In this document: positions 55,701-64,000 of the stretch, in pieces
Position numbering within the stretch: position 1 is the stretch's first letter
Layout: every line of letters begins with the position of its first letter
Assembly (NCBI GenBank): GCA_041665285.1
Contig: JBAYJC010000003.1
Location: 65,902-129,901, forward strand
Direction: 5' to 3'
DNA: 64,000 bases
DNA from: Patescibacteria group bacterium
Lineage (GTDB): Bacteria > Patescibacteriota > Patescibacteriia > 2-12-FULL-60-25
Program-made: the position numbers and the translations under genes
The notes under the pieces: model-generated
Seen by the model: the letters and a program-made list of their open reading frames with translations, nothing else
Database searches by the model: none
Told to the model about the DNA's origin: nothing

Positions 55701-58572
55701 TACCGCTATTTTCGTTTGTTACATACGCATAGTGCCCGTTCACATACACGCCCACGGGCATATCGCCTCCAGAATAGGTGCTTGTCACAAAGGCATAGGC
55801 CGAAGAGGTCGATGTCCGTTCGTAGATGGCCAACTGGTCCGTACTGCTATAAGTAACAAACGTATATTTCCCCTGCGTCACAGCCATGTTTGGCGTCGCA
55901 TCAATCAATGATGTCGTCGAAGAAGCAACGGATGTACTTCCAGATATCGGCAAGAATGCCGCATTTTTTGAAACCGTGAGATACGATGACGTTGTGGTCG
56001 TCACTCCTAATGTCGTTGTGTAGGTATCTGTGAGGAATGCGGTGCCTGTCACATTAATATTTTCAGAAACATAGGCGTCACCCAACACCTCAAACAATGC
56101 ATAGTCTGTTGTCGTAGCGATTCCGCCAAGCACCGCGGCATTCACACCTGTTGCAAGGTGCGTCACGAGATTATCTGTAGATGTAGTCCATCCTCCGCCC
56201 GCGCCTCCACCGCCAGAAGGCCATGCACTAAGCGTTTGACCACCAAGCGTCATGGAGCCAAGCACAGCGAAATTCGTTGTTGTGGCGTTTGTGGATGTTG
56301 AATTGCCAAGATAGGCATCAAAGCGCAAATCTTCACGACCAAAGGCAAAAAGAAGATCTGACGTGGGCAAAATATATCCTCCTCCAGGGCTTAGATACAT
56401 GTTCCCCGTGACAGAACTTAGCGCTAAGTCTCCTGTAGACGTAACGGAAAAGCCTCCATCCGTTTTCCAAATGTACCCATCTCCATATTTCGTGGACGCC
56501 GCACCCACGATGAACTCACCATTTGTATAAACAGACGTTGCAGAGCCAATATTTCCTCCAACAAATAGATCGTCTCCATTGATGGAGAACATGCTATTCA
56601 TGATAATCTGCTTTGTGGAGGTACCGATGAGCAAATTTCCCAAGATCGTGGAGGTCGAACCTATGGCGCTCACGGCAAGAGCACCCGAAGACATAATACC
56701 AGGCTCCCCCACATTTAATCCGCCAGAAACCTGCAAATGCTCAGAAATATCGACATTGCCTCGCACATAGGTATTTCCCAACTCAGCCGCGTGAGCAAGC
56801 AAGGCGTTTGTTTCCAGCCCTCCAAGATCAACCGTGTCAAAGAGATAAGGCGCTCCAAATACCACGGCGTGCGCTTTTCTCCCTACAACAGAAAACCCAA
56901 GCATCTGCGCTGACCATGGATCAAATTCCCCCAGCTTTCTGATATATCTCGGATTCTCCATGTCATATACCACCATGCCAGATGAAAGCGCCACATAAAG
57001 GTAACGGCCGGAAATGGCTAAGGAGTTGAACGCTGGAGATGCCGAAGAAACGGTAAAGGTCCCGGCAATCTGGATATCAGATGGGTTTGCGATATCAAAG
57101 ATGCTCGCATTTGTCCCGTTATATTCGAGCGCGTACGCGTATCTTCCATTCACCGCAATGTCTCCGGTGACGTATCCTGTCACAGAATCCAACTGCGTTA
57201 CATTTTGCGGATCGCTAATATCAAGCAAATATGTGGTCGTATCACCGCTTGAACCAACGAACAAACGCGTACCCAATGGTTTCAAAACCGTGGGATTATA
57301 TCCAAACAAACTGTACGTAGAGAGCAAAACCGGGGCAAGCGGATTTGAGATATCCAATACTTTCAGCGCTCCAACCTGGCCGACGTACAAATACTTTCCT
57401 TGCCCAGCAATACTGCCTGCGGCTAATCCCGTGATGACTCCAACCTTATCGTACATCCTCGCGGGGTTAGAGACATCGAATATCGTAATATCACCTGTGG
57501 TGCTATGAGGGATGTACGCATACCGACCGCTCACATAGATATCAACCGGATAGGTGCTCCTTGTGGAAGTCGTTGCCACCATGAGAGGGGTCGAGGAGGC
57601 AGATGTATCAAACACTGTCACGGTATCTGTATCAGGACCCAGGACGTACGTGTAGCGGCCAAAGGTGCGGATTCTTGCATAACCGCTAAAATAGCCTGTG
57701 CTCGTTGATGCGGTACGGCGCAAACGAGCAACATCCGTAGGAATAATATCTAAGCGCGAGCCTGTGGCATTGAGGTGGTTTGTTTCCAAACCTGTGGCAT
57801 AAGCGCTCCCTGTTTTCTTTACATGAAAAACCGCTGTACCTGTTGCATCTATGCCACGCATGATGAAATCCAGATCATCATTTGCCCCAGAAGAACGTAC
57901 ATCAAGGGCCGAACGAGCTCCTGTTGCCGTGCTCGTAGAGGTCTGGTTAATGGTAAAAAGCGTTGTGCCATCAGCCGCTGAGCTTGAGGCGTACATGCCT
58001 TGCAGCATTTCTGAATTGAATGCCTGCGGAACCGCCATAAGACGCTTGCGAGGAGTCATTTCACTATCCGCTTCAATCGTGATGCCAAGGTACAAGCCAT
58101 CCGTATTCCAAAGAACCGCATCACTAAGAGCATTTTGCGTGCCTCCTTCTGCAGACGTATCGCCCAAGGCAATGGTAAATAGTCCGCTCGCTACTGTGAC
58201 TTGAAGCGCTGTTGGCGAAAACAGCGTCCCTGATGCCGTCCAAATCGGGTCTGTACCAACGGTAGGGGTGTCGTAAATATTGAACTTGATGTTGTACGTG
58301 CCATCAACCACTGCCGCGCCCGCATCATTCAAAAGTTTTGCCTGATAATTGATCTGCCGATTTATGCCGGTTGCCGCTTGTACATCCGTTGCAGAGCCGA
58401 GAAGCAACCCAACAGACAACAAAAGTGCGGCGCCAAGAGTAATGGGCTTACAAAGGAAGTTACGAGCAAACCAATGAAACATAGAACGCGGATCTTCCAG
58501 AACTGCGTAATGACTGGCGTACGTCCGTTCGGCGCCAGCAAATGCCTCTCCTGTTTCAGAAGGATAGACCAT
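52783..58572 (-). CDS. Giant (about 1930 aa) cell-surface protein with LVIVD-type beta-propeller repeats and Pro-rich C-terminal tail
   Basis: Repeated units such as VSGRYAYIPHSTTGDITIFDVSNP, GQGKYLYVGQVGALKVLDISNPLAP and ISGRYLYVALSSGMVVYDMENP. C-terminal PEP/PVV repeats. The start is uncertain (ATG 58572 or GTG 58602). Confidence 0.7.
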   Translation of the reverse strand: MVYPSETGEAFAGAERTYASHYAVLEDPRSMFHWFARNFLCKPITLGAALLLSVGLLLGSATDVQAATGINRQINYQAKLLNDAGAAVVDGTYNIKFNIYDTPTVGTDPIWTASGTLFSPTALQVTVASGLFTIALGDTSAEGGTQNALSDAVLWNTDGLYLGITIEADSEMTPRKRLMAVPQAFNSEMLQGMYASSSAADGTTLFTINQTSTSTATGARSALDVRSSGANDDLDFIMRGIDATGTAVFHVKKTGSAYATGLETNHLNATGSRLDIIPTDVARLRRTASTSTGYFSGYARIRTFGRYTYVLGPDTDTVTVFDTSASSTPLMVATTSTRSTYPVDIYVSGRYAYIPHSTTGDITIFDVSNPARMYDKVGVITGLAAGSIAGQGKYLYVGQVGALKVLDISNPLAPVLLSTYSLFGYNPTVLKPLGTRLFVGSSGDTTTYLLDISDPQNVTQLDSVTGYVTGDIAVNGRYAYALEYNGTNASIFDIANPSDIQIAGTFTVSSASPAFNSLAISGRYLYVALSSGMVVYDMENPRYIRKLGEFDPWSAQMLGFSVVGRKAHAVVFGAPYLFDTVDLGGLETNALLAHAAELGNTYVRGNVDISEHLQVSGGLNVGEPGIMSSGALAVSAIGSTSTILGNLLIGTSTKQIIMNSMFSINGDDLFVGGNIGSATSVYTNGEFIVGAASTKYGDGYIWKTDGGFSVTSTGDLALSSVTGNMYLSPGGGYILPTSDLLFAFGREDLRFDAYLGNSTSTNATTTNFAVLGSMTLGGQTLSAWPSGGGGAGGGWTTSTDNLVTHLATGVNAAVLGGIATTTDYALFEVLGDAYVSENINVTGTAFLTDTYTTTLGVTTTTSSYLTVSKNAAFLPISGSTSVASSTTSLIDATPNMAVTQGKYTFVTYSSTDQLAIYERTSTSSAYAFVTSTYSGGDMPVGVYVNGHYAYVTNENSGTLGIIDISNIASSTLVSTVTLGSVPRFVTGNGRYLITADANVRIFDLANGASPRLLSTWAIPLGNMATGLALQGKYLYVGDGSANQIHVLNIASPYDLSLKSTYTSPDTMATRGLAIQGRYLYVNDGNIAALGVSGVRILDASDDSNLVEINRWIGAEGGCAALYGCMQLAGGYLHLALNANYRVFDVRSPMGLELVDSVLTPDGGSYRLLNVSGGRFGLTMTAFGMFTLDFGGIETANMTAYNTEVGQLNVTQDGRIANTLNVGNGVSVGQGGVYSLGGFSGGTTSTTSTIFGNLAVGTSTIEVTMDPNFFMDGDDLFVQGNIGSATSIYTNGVFTSANLDLAEEYQIRGTAEPGDVLVMDSVSSTTVTKSTGVAYDPKTIGVVSTSPGVLLGRKNGASVALVGRVPVKFSLQNGPISIGDPLAASSLPGFAMKATKPGMIIGRALENANTTSTVVVFINAQYYAGSLLATDGTVAQVTDDLVMAPRAVTSAENPTADSWGLTFRGSAWNGTSAISSDFILANTVTSVATSSFTIKNASTTTLLALDQDGTATIKQDLVIGGKLYPSARGTIQQDKYIYLDDSLSPTTTYMATNADGWQANSSYDFAERYYSPDKLEPGDLVVVSQRGRIHVQRASEPDKMLIGIVSTKPGFVAGAAAPSTHPIALVGRVPTKVSTLKGAIQIGDMLAPSTIPGVAVKAVEAGPVVGQALEDFSGNDIGLVEAYVNPVWWGGDKSVQLAAAEAVADAAAPVFMPQRGFAIIISGATRVHVSFPSVGGYPNVQATPRGEVEGGWWTDNYTDTGFDIVMKQEQTRDIAFTWRVDPTGVDEKVYASDGTSASVDPTTGFMVNGTQTKKPAPEPVVDPAPEPEDIAVTPTSATTTQPAQPTPVVEPEPPQIVPVAEEPVAPEPAVVEPLPVIEPVPTPVVEPVPTPPEPTPEPTPVVEPAVPEPVVVPVVTEAPLPTVESTTTTE

Positions 58573-58781
58573 CCGGCTTTTCAGCCGATCCTCCTGCGAC
58601 ACGCCTCGGGGAAACAGCGCTTGTTCTGGCGTGCTAAGCCAGGGAACCGCTGTCTCGTGAAGGCATGTCTATTATACAGAGAAAGGAGGGAAAAAGATAT
58701 TTTTGGCTCAATGATCATTCAGACGCGCTGTGGATAATAATGCCTTACCTGTGCAAATACTGTGGATAAGCTGTGCATAGT

Positions 58782-61700
58782 CTAAGCGACGGCTTGTAAC
58801 GGCACCGGAAGATCCACAATCGTCTCCTGCGCTTCTAGCATATTCACATCCGGAGAAACGAATTTCGCATACCCTTTTTTCTCTGCCGTGATGTAGTAAA
58901 TATTCTTCGAAGCAATAAAACCGTAACGTCCATCCGCGTCCGTCACCTGGGTTTCGAGTAATTTATTGAACTTCTTATCAAAGATACGTACAACCACACG
59001 CTCTAGCTTCACACGCTTTTTCGCGTCATACACCACTCCCCATTTCACAGGCTTGGTTGGCACAGAGAACTTACGGAAGAGGAAGTAGCTTCCCACCTGG
59101 AACACGCAGAGCCCAGCCATAAGCATAGACGGCACAATCACGAGCGCTCCCACAGAAATAACCATGGTCACAATTCCAGAAGCATTTTGGATTTTGCGCA
59201 GTGTCCGCTTCAATAAGATTATTTTAGGCGTTTCCATTTTCGCTACCGGATCCACAGGAATATTTGGCGTGATAATCGCGTTTTCTTTCACCTCAATGAC
59301 TTCGCCGTGATACAAATCCACGAGCTCAATGTCTTGCTTTTCTTTGAGCATGGACGGGCTCGGAAAAACATACCCTTGTTTTACTGCCTCTATTTTATAT
59401 TTCCCTGGCTTCACGTTCAGCGCAAAGCGACCTTTTGCATCTGTGATGCGTGTCATAAGCACGCGATTTGTTGCACCATCCAACAGACGCACGATCGCAA
59501 GATCAATCGGTGCTTTTGTCAGCGCGTTATACACCAAACCCCACTTTTTTCTCTTACGTCGGCCGAGTAATAAGAACGGCTGTGTGATGAGAAAGCGGAG
59601 GTAGTTAAAAATATTGAAAGCTGATGCCGCAGTCGCCACTGTAGAAACTGCCGCAACCGTGACAACCGGGGCCACCACATTCTTCGTGACAGCAACGACC
59701 TCCGGTGTGCGCACAGCTTCAACCACCGTATTGACGTCCTGAACAAAATTTTCGGCAATTTTTGTTACTTCTTGCGTAATAACCTGCACATCTTCAACCA
59801 CTTCTTGCACGGTTGGCACAATGCTTGGCGGTGCTGGCTTGATCACAACATCCAGAGCAATGAGATTGTTAGACACGCGAACATCTTGAACCGTCTCCGT
59901 GTAATCATCTTTTGTGGCAACCAAACGATAGTTACCATTAGGCACCTGGAAAAGAAATGTCCCCTGTTCACCCGTGATCAACGGATTCACCTGACCAAAA
60001 CGGGTTGCATCCCATAATTGCGGACTGCCGTTTACAATCTCATAAACCGTAATCTTAGCCCCTTTAACAGCGGTAATGGCATTTCTTGCTCCAGCTTCAA
60101 CCACACGCCCAACAGCGCGCGTATCAATCACGCGTTCCGCAATGCCATAATTTCCGTTGGAAAACTCCATGCGTACCGTCACATTTGTGCGACCCGCCAC
60201 AGAAGAAGGTACAAATGAAGCGCTCCAGGCATCACCATCAGGGGCCAGGGTCAACTGATATAAAGAATCACCCACCTGTACAGAACCGCGAAGAGGCACG
60301 GCAGGTAAATCGAGCGTTTGTATACGGACAATCACGGAATTTCCAGCGGCAGTCTCCATGCGTCCTGTCGCATCTACAATAAGCTCAATTTTGCCTTGTG
60401 CTACATAAAATCTCGGAGTGAGCGGGAGTTCTTGCGCTCCTACTGGTGGCACATACGGCGGATAAATGACTGGAGGGGGCGTCTCAATAACTGTCGTTGT
60501 TACCAGTCCTGGCACAAGTACTGCTGGCGGGATCGTGGTCGGTGTTATCTCAAGAGGCGGCTGTACAGATCCTGGTGGAATATACGTATAGGGAGAGACA
60601 TGTATCTCCAGTGGCTTGACAAAAGGTGTCTCCGTAATCACGAGTGGAGGTAACAGACTCGGGAGCGTTGCGGATGGTTTTGCCTGGGCTAATGCACCGC
60701 TTGAGACATTCCCACTCGTATCAATAGCGTAAATTGCATAATAGTATTGCGTGTCATTGATCACATCCGTATCTTGCGCTCCTGTACCTGTTCCTTCATA
60801 AAATTTACGACCGTCAAACAAATTCGTGGGATACGTACCCGTCTTTCCCACAAGAACAACGCCTGCAAAATCTGTTTCAGGTGGGTTGACCCAGCTAAGA
60901 TTCACCATGCCATTCCCAGGGATCGCTCTAAAATTTGATGGATTCGCGGGTCCGACTTCATCAATCGCAAGCGTACGAAATGTCGCGTCTGCACTTTCTA
61001 CCTTTCGAATCCATGCGTCTTGTACATTGATTTGATAGTGATACAAGCTATCTGGATCGCAAGGCAAGACAATGGAATGAAAAGTCCCTGCGAGGTTATC
61101 CGTGGCCGATTTATCATACGGAATCGCCAAACCATAGCTAATAAATGCCACCGTATCTGTTGTAGTTTCAAACGTAATCACCGCATCATTGCTGTGTGGA
61201 GTTACTTGAATATTCAATATTTCTAATGCAAAAGAAGGTGGCTCCTCAGGCGGAGGCGGCAGGACCGGAGCTCCGCCACCACCTCCAATAAAACCCGTTT
61301 CTTCCTCTACCGTTGCACTTACCGTTATTAAATTCTCAGAAGCAAAAATCGGGATTCTCTTTACACCGGATTCCCCAAATCCTCGTGCCACACTCATTTC
61401 ATAAGTGCCCGGTGTAGCGGGATTTACTATTTGATTCGCCAAATCATGTACATCCTTTCCAATTTTTATTCCAAAAATACTGTTGGCACTCACAGTTCCT
61501 GCGCCTGCATCTGTTGGTGGCGTAATGGTAATAGTCGTGCCTGAAATAGAAGCGCCCCAAATACCTCCAGGCTTTGGTAGGTCTTCTGTGGTTGTTGCAA
61601 GATCGTCTAATGCATCATTAATGTATGTAAGGCTAATATCAGAACTCGTCACGCTTGATAGATCAAAACCAGGAAAAGAGTAGGTGATCGTAGATGCCGC

Positions 61701-61889
61701 GTTCTGAATGCCGAGCGTTGTTAGTATCGTGATGTGTTGATCTGACGCTTTTCCCGTTTCTTGTGAGGACATTCGTACGCCATAAATAACCAAACCAGCG
61801 GCAGAGGCAGGCGTGGGAACCGAAAACCGCTCACCAAGAACAAGGCTGATCACGATTATTCCATACAAGACCTTTTTGAGCATTGACAT
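58782..61889 (-). CDS. Large surface protein with Fn3-like and carboxypeptidase-regulatory-like (CarboxypepD_reg) domains and internal TM segments
   Basis: Signal peptide. GNYRLVATKDDYTE, GKYKIEAVKQGYVF and KNIYYITAEKKGYAKF beta-sandwich motifs. Confidence 0.6.
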   Translation of the reverse strand: MSMLKKVLYGIIVISLVLGERFSVPTPASAAGLVIYGVRMSSQETGKASDQHITILTTLGIQNAASTITYSFPGFDLSSVTSSDISLTYINDALDDLATTTEDLPKPGGIWGASISGTTITITPPTDAGAGTVSANSIFGIKIGKDVHDLANQIVNPATPGTYEMSVARGFGESGVKRIPIFASENLITVSATVEEETGFIGGGGGAPVLPPPPEEPPSFALEILNIQVTPHSNDAVITFETTTDTVAFISYGLAIPYDKSATDNLAGTFHSIVLPCDPDSLYHYQINVQDAWIRKVESADATFRTLAIDEVGPANPSNFRAIPGNGMVNLSWVNPPETDFAGVVLVGKTGTYPTNLFDGRKFYEGTGTGAQDTDVINDTQYYYAIYAIDTSGNVSSGALAQAKPSATLPSLLPPLVITETPFVKPLEIHVSPYTYIPPGSVQPPLEITPTTIPPAVLVPGLVTTTVIETPPPVIYPPYVPPVGAQELPLTPRFYVAQGKIELIVDATGRMETAAGNSVIVRIQTLDLPAVPLRGSVQVGDSLYQLTLAPDGDAWSASFVPSSVAGRTNVTVRMEFSNGNYGIAERVIDTRAVGRVVEAGARNAITAVKGAKITVYEIVNGSPQLWDATRFGQVNPLITGEQGTFLFQVPNGNYRLVATKDDYTETVQDVRVSNNLIALDVVIKPAPPSIVPTVQEVVEDVQVITQEVTKIAENFVQDVNTVVEAVRTPEVVAVTKNVVAPVVTVAAVSTVATAASAFNIFNYLRFLITQPFLLLGRRKRKKWGLVYNALTKAPIDLAIVRLLDGATNRVLMTRITDAKGRFALNVKPGKYKIEAVKQGYVFPSPSMLKEKQDIELVDLYHGEVIEVKENAIITPNIPVDPVAKMETPKIILLKRTLRKIQNASGIVTMVISVGALVIVPSMLMAGLCVFQVGSYFLFRKFSVPTKPVKWGVVYDAKKRVKLERVVVRIFDKKFNKLLETQVTDADGRYGFIASKNIYYITAEKKGYAKFVSPDVNMLEAQETIVDLPVPLQAVA

Positions 61890-61902
61890 ACAGTTGCCAC
61901 AG

Positions 61903-62802
61903 TCAAACGCGTCTTCGAGCACGATTCAAGGACACGAGTCCTGCGATAAGGCTCATGAGGACTAATACAAAGACGCTGATCGATTTCCACGGAAACAGCC
62001 AAAAACGTACCGATGAAGAGAAAACGAGCTCGGTCACTGGTTCTGTTACAGTCAAAGAAGCGACAAAGGGGCCCACGGCAAAAAATGGAGCGTCTTTTTT
62101 TAACCAATCAGACTTCAGGGTACGACTTTGCCCTGGTAAAAGCCGCAGCTCATCCGGATTAACGGGTAACTGCGCAACAGAACGCCCAAATATATTTGTA
62201 ATACGAATGACACCTTGTGGCTTTATATGTGTGGTACCCGTATTTTCAAATCGCACACGAAACGTCACAGGCAATCCTTCCAAACCTGTACTATTTTGAA
62301 CAGAAAAATCCGTCATCCTCGCCTTCTCTTCCAGAGCGCCATTTACCGTAAAAAATATAAGCGAACCAATACGACTAGCCGTTGTTACACCCACACCTGT
62401 TCTCATTGGCTGGCTATTTGACCAAAAAATTGCGGCATAGTGTCCGCCAGGTGTTGCGAGTGTGGGTACGCGAATCTCAAATGCAATACGCGCTGAGCTT
62501 AGTGGCTCGAGCGTCACCTTGGATGTCGCTAAGTAGATCCAACTTGGTATCCCTGAAACGTCAGATTCCGGAAGGAACGTTTGCTGGCCCTCTTCCCCCT
62601 TCGGAAGAAACTTTCGAATCGATGGATAGAGGGTTTGAGGAAACGCATCCGTGTTTTTTAGCTCAACCTCGCCAAAAATCGTGCTACCAGGATCGCCCCG
62701 CTCTTCAATAATAGCCGGGCTTAGAGAAAATGCCCTGGCCGGACTCGGGGTGACGAGCCAAGGCAAGGCGCTAAGAAGAAGAGTAAGGAGCAGTCGCCAC
62801 AT
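61903..62802 (-). CDS. Secreted, C-terminally anchored protein (DUF916-like architecture)
   Basis: Signal peptide, two beta-rich domains and a C-terminal TM helix plus basic tail (LIAGLVSLNRARRRV). Confidence 0.45.
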   Translation of the reverse strand: MWRLLLTLLLSALPWLVTPSPARAFSLSPAIIEERGDPGSTIFGEVELKNTDAFPQTLYPSIRKFLPKGEEGQQTFLPESDVSGIPSWIYLATSKVTLEPLSSARIAFEIRVPTLATPGGHYAAIFWSNSQPMRTGVGVTTASRIGSLIFFTVNGALEEKARMTDFSVQNSTGLEGLPVTFRVRFENTGTTHIKPQGVIRITNIFGRSVAQLPVNPDELRLLPGQSRTLKSDWLKKDAPFFAVGPFVASLTVTEPVTELVFSSSVRFWLFPWKSISVFVLVLMSLIAGLVSLNRARRRV

Positions 62803-62803
62803 A

Positions 62804-63745
62804 TCAATAGTTTGCGGTCAACGTGTAGGTAACACTTTGCGAGTAGTCGTCTGCTGTTGTGTCCGCCGTTCTACTCAATTTATGCAAAACCGCAACACGA
62901 TCCGCTATATTATCTGATAAGGTGTTTCTTGTTTGAATCGCCAGCATCGTAGTATTAAGCGGTTGATCATCGACGAAATTTGCCGTGGTTCCTGTAACAG
63001 CTATGCCATACTCTTCTTCATTCGCATCAACAAGGCCGTCTGCTACAGAACCAAACGCAAGTCCAGACGCTCCGCGTAAGACATCCGTTGCCTCTGTATA
63101 AACCGTATAACCGTTTGTCACGCCACAACGCACATTTGTAACAACAACCCTGACATAGCCTGTATTCGCGGCAACAGTACCAAAACCAATAGACGCATTT
63201 GTGAGTGGATACACGTAATTACCCAGGACGACTGGCGACGCCGCCATGGTAGACGTTGCTCCATCGAATTTATCTACAAGCAGAGAATAATTCGAAAAAC
63301 CAGTAATTTTGCCGACAGCAACCTTACCGCTCAATGGCTCCATATCTTCTCCCTCAACCACAGCGATATAATTGCCAATAGCAAAAGAAGTCGTCGCAGA
63401 AACCTGTACGGTTCCCGCGGCAAAGTCAATCGCACTATAATCAACACGGCCAGCCGTATCCTCCGCAGAAACAGCAAGCTCCAAAGTCGAGGAAGTGAGC
63501 GTTAAACTAGCTTCCTGCCTATATCCTGCGCGTACATTATACGAAGTGCTCGTGCTATCTCCTGTTATGAAACCGCCAATGGTATCGCGCACACTGTAAT
63601 TCGTACTTGTTGATGCATCAATACCTCCACTATTAAGCGAATCCCAGCTAATCTGGTAATTCGTACTTGTCATGCTCGCTAAAACGCAACTGCCAATGAG
63701 AAAGGAGCAGACACTAACCACAAAAATGCGGACAAGACGCTTCAT
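62804..63745 (-). CDS. Secreted Thr/Ser-rich hypothetical protein
   Basis: Signal peptide. TSTNYQISWDSLNSGG repeat-like N-terminus. Tightly packed with the two preceding genes. Confidence 0.45.
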   Translation of the reverse strand: MKRLVRIFVVSVCSFLIGSCVLASMTSTNYQISWDSLNSGGIDASTSTNYSVRDTIGGFITGDSTSTSYNVRAGYRQEASLTLTSSTLELAVSAEDTAGRVDYSAIDFAAGTVQVSATTSFAIGNYIAVVEGEDMEPLSGKVAVGKITGFSNYSLLVDKFDGATSTMAASPVVLGNYVYPLTNASIGFGTVAANTGYVRVVVTNVRCGVTNGYTVYTEATDVLRGASGLAFGSVADGLVDANEEEYGIAVTGTTANFVDDQPLNTTMLAIQTRNTLSDNIADRVAVLHKLSRTADTTADDYSQSVTYTLTANY

Positions 63746-64000
63746 GCATTTAGTAAATCACATTTTTGCTGTTTTGTCGACCACGACATTTTCCGTACTT
63801 TTACGTTTTTAATACATCGTATGCACACATGCACCTCGCTCGACATTAAGACAGCATATATTCCATATCAAGTAGAGACGCAAAATACAAAATCACGCTC
63901 ACGGCCATCCGAATATAGTTTTCTACACACATCAAGGTCTACCGCAAAAGCGAAATGTATTCTACACAGTTAACAATGCGATCTGCGACACATCCTGGTG

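Overview
This 64-kb bacterial window is a compositional mosaic. Moderate-GC housekeeping genes (galU, arfB, yvcK-like, pfkB-like kinase, 2-hydroxyacid dehydrogenase, femAB-like, ruvA, gyrA, ruvC, yebC, three tRNAs and a large cell-surface gene cluster) are interrupted by at least a dozen short blocks of markedly GC-richer genes. Those blocks mostly encode hypothetical secreted, lipoprotein or membrane/coiled-coil proteins. The gene content resembles a small-genome Patescibacteria/CPR-like organism, but that is only an inference.

The standout locus is 31290-36210. A 546-aa protein with IS110-family (bridge-recombinase-type) motifs at 32315-33955 sits inside a non-coding, same-strand array (31321-32153 and 33985-36166) that I parse into 45 cassettes. 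Each cassette is a 7-10 bp stem closing a symmetric internal loop, in which two about-11-nt variable segments flank a 3-bp mini-hairpin that usually has a GNRA tetraloop. Eight different stem identities recur in a fixed order, giving a super-repeat of about 606 nt. Several compensatory substitutions preserve both the stems and the mini-hairpins. Scaffold modules can be 100% identical while the adjacent 11-mers are unrelated.

Topologically each cassette resembles a bridge-RNA guide loop: basal stem, two-sided internal loop, distal hairpin. I therefore propose a multiplexed, array-encoded guide system for an IS110-like protein. This is a hypothesis from sequence only, and no database search was possible.

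Other observations:
- a 29-bp duplication of the gyrA 3' end bracketing a 1.86-kb segment next to the array
- a dispersed GATC-containing palindromic repeat (4 copies)
- an inverted-repeat-bounded structured element conserved downstream of two tandem paralogs
- a RelE-like toxin with an apparently truncated antitoxin
- Myxococcus-like Cys-rich (MopE-type) and DSG/DTG-rich secreted proteins in the GC-rich blocks
- a giant LVIVD-repeat surface protein cluster
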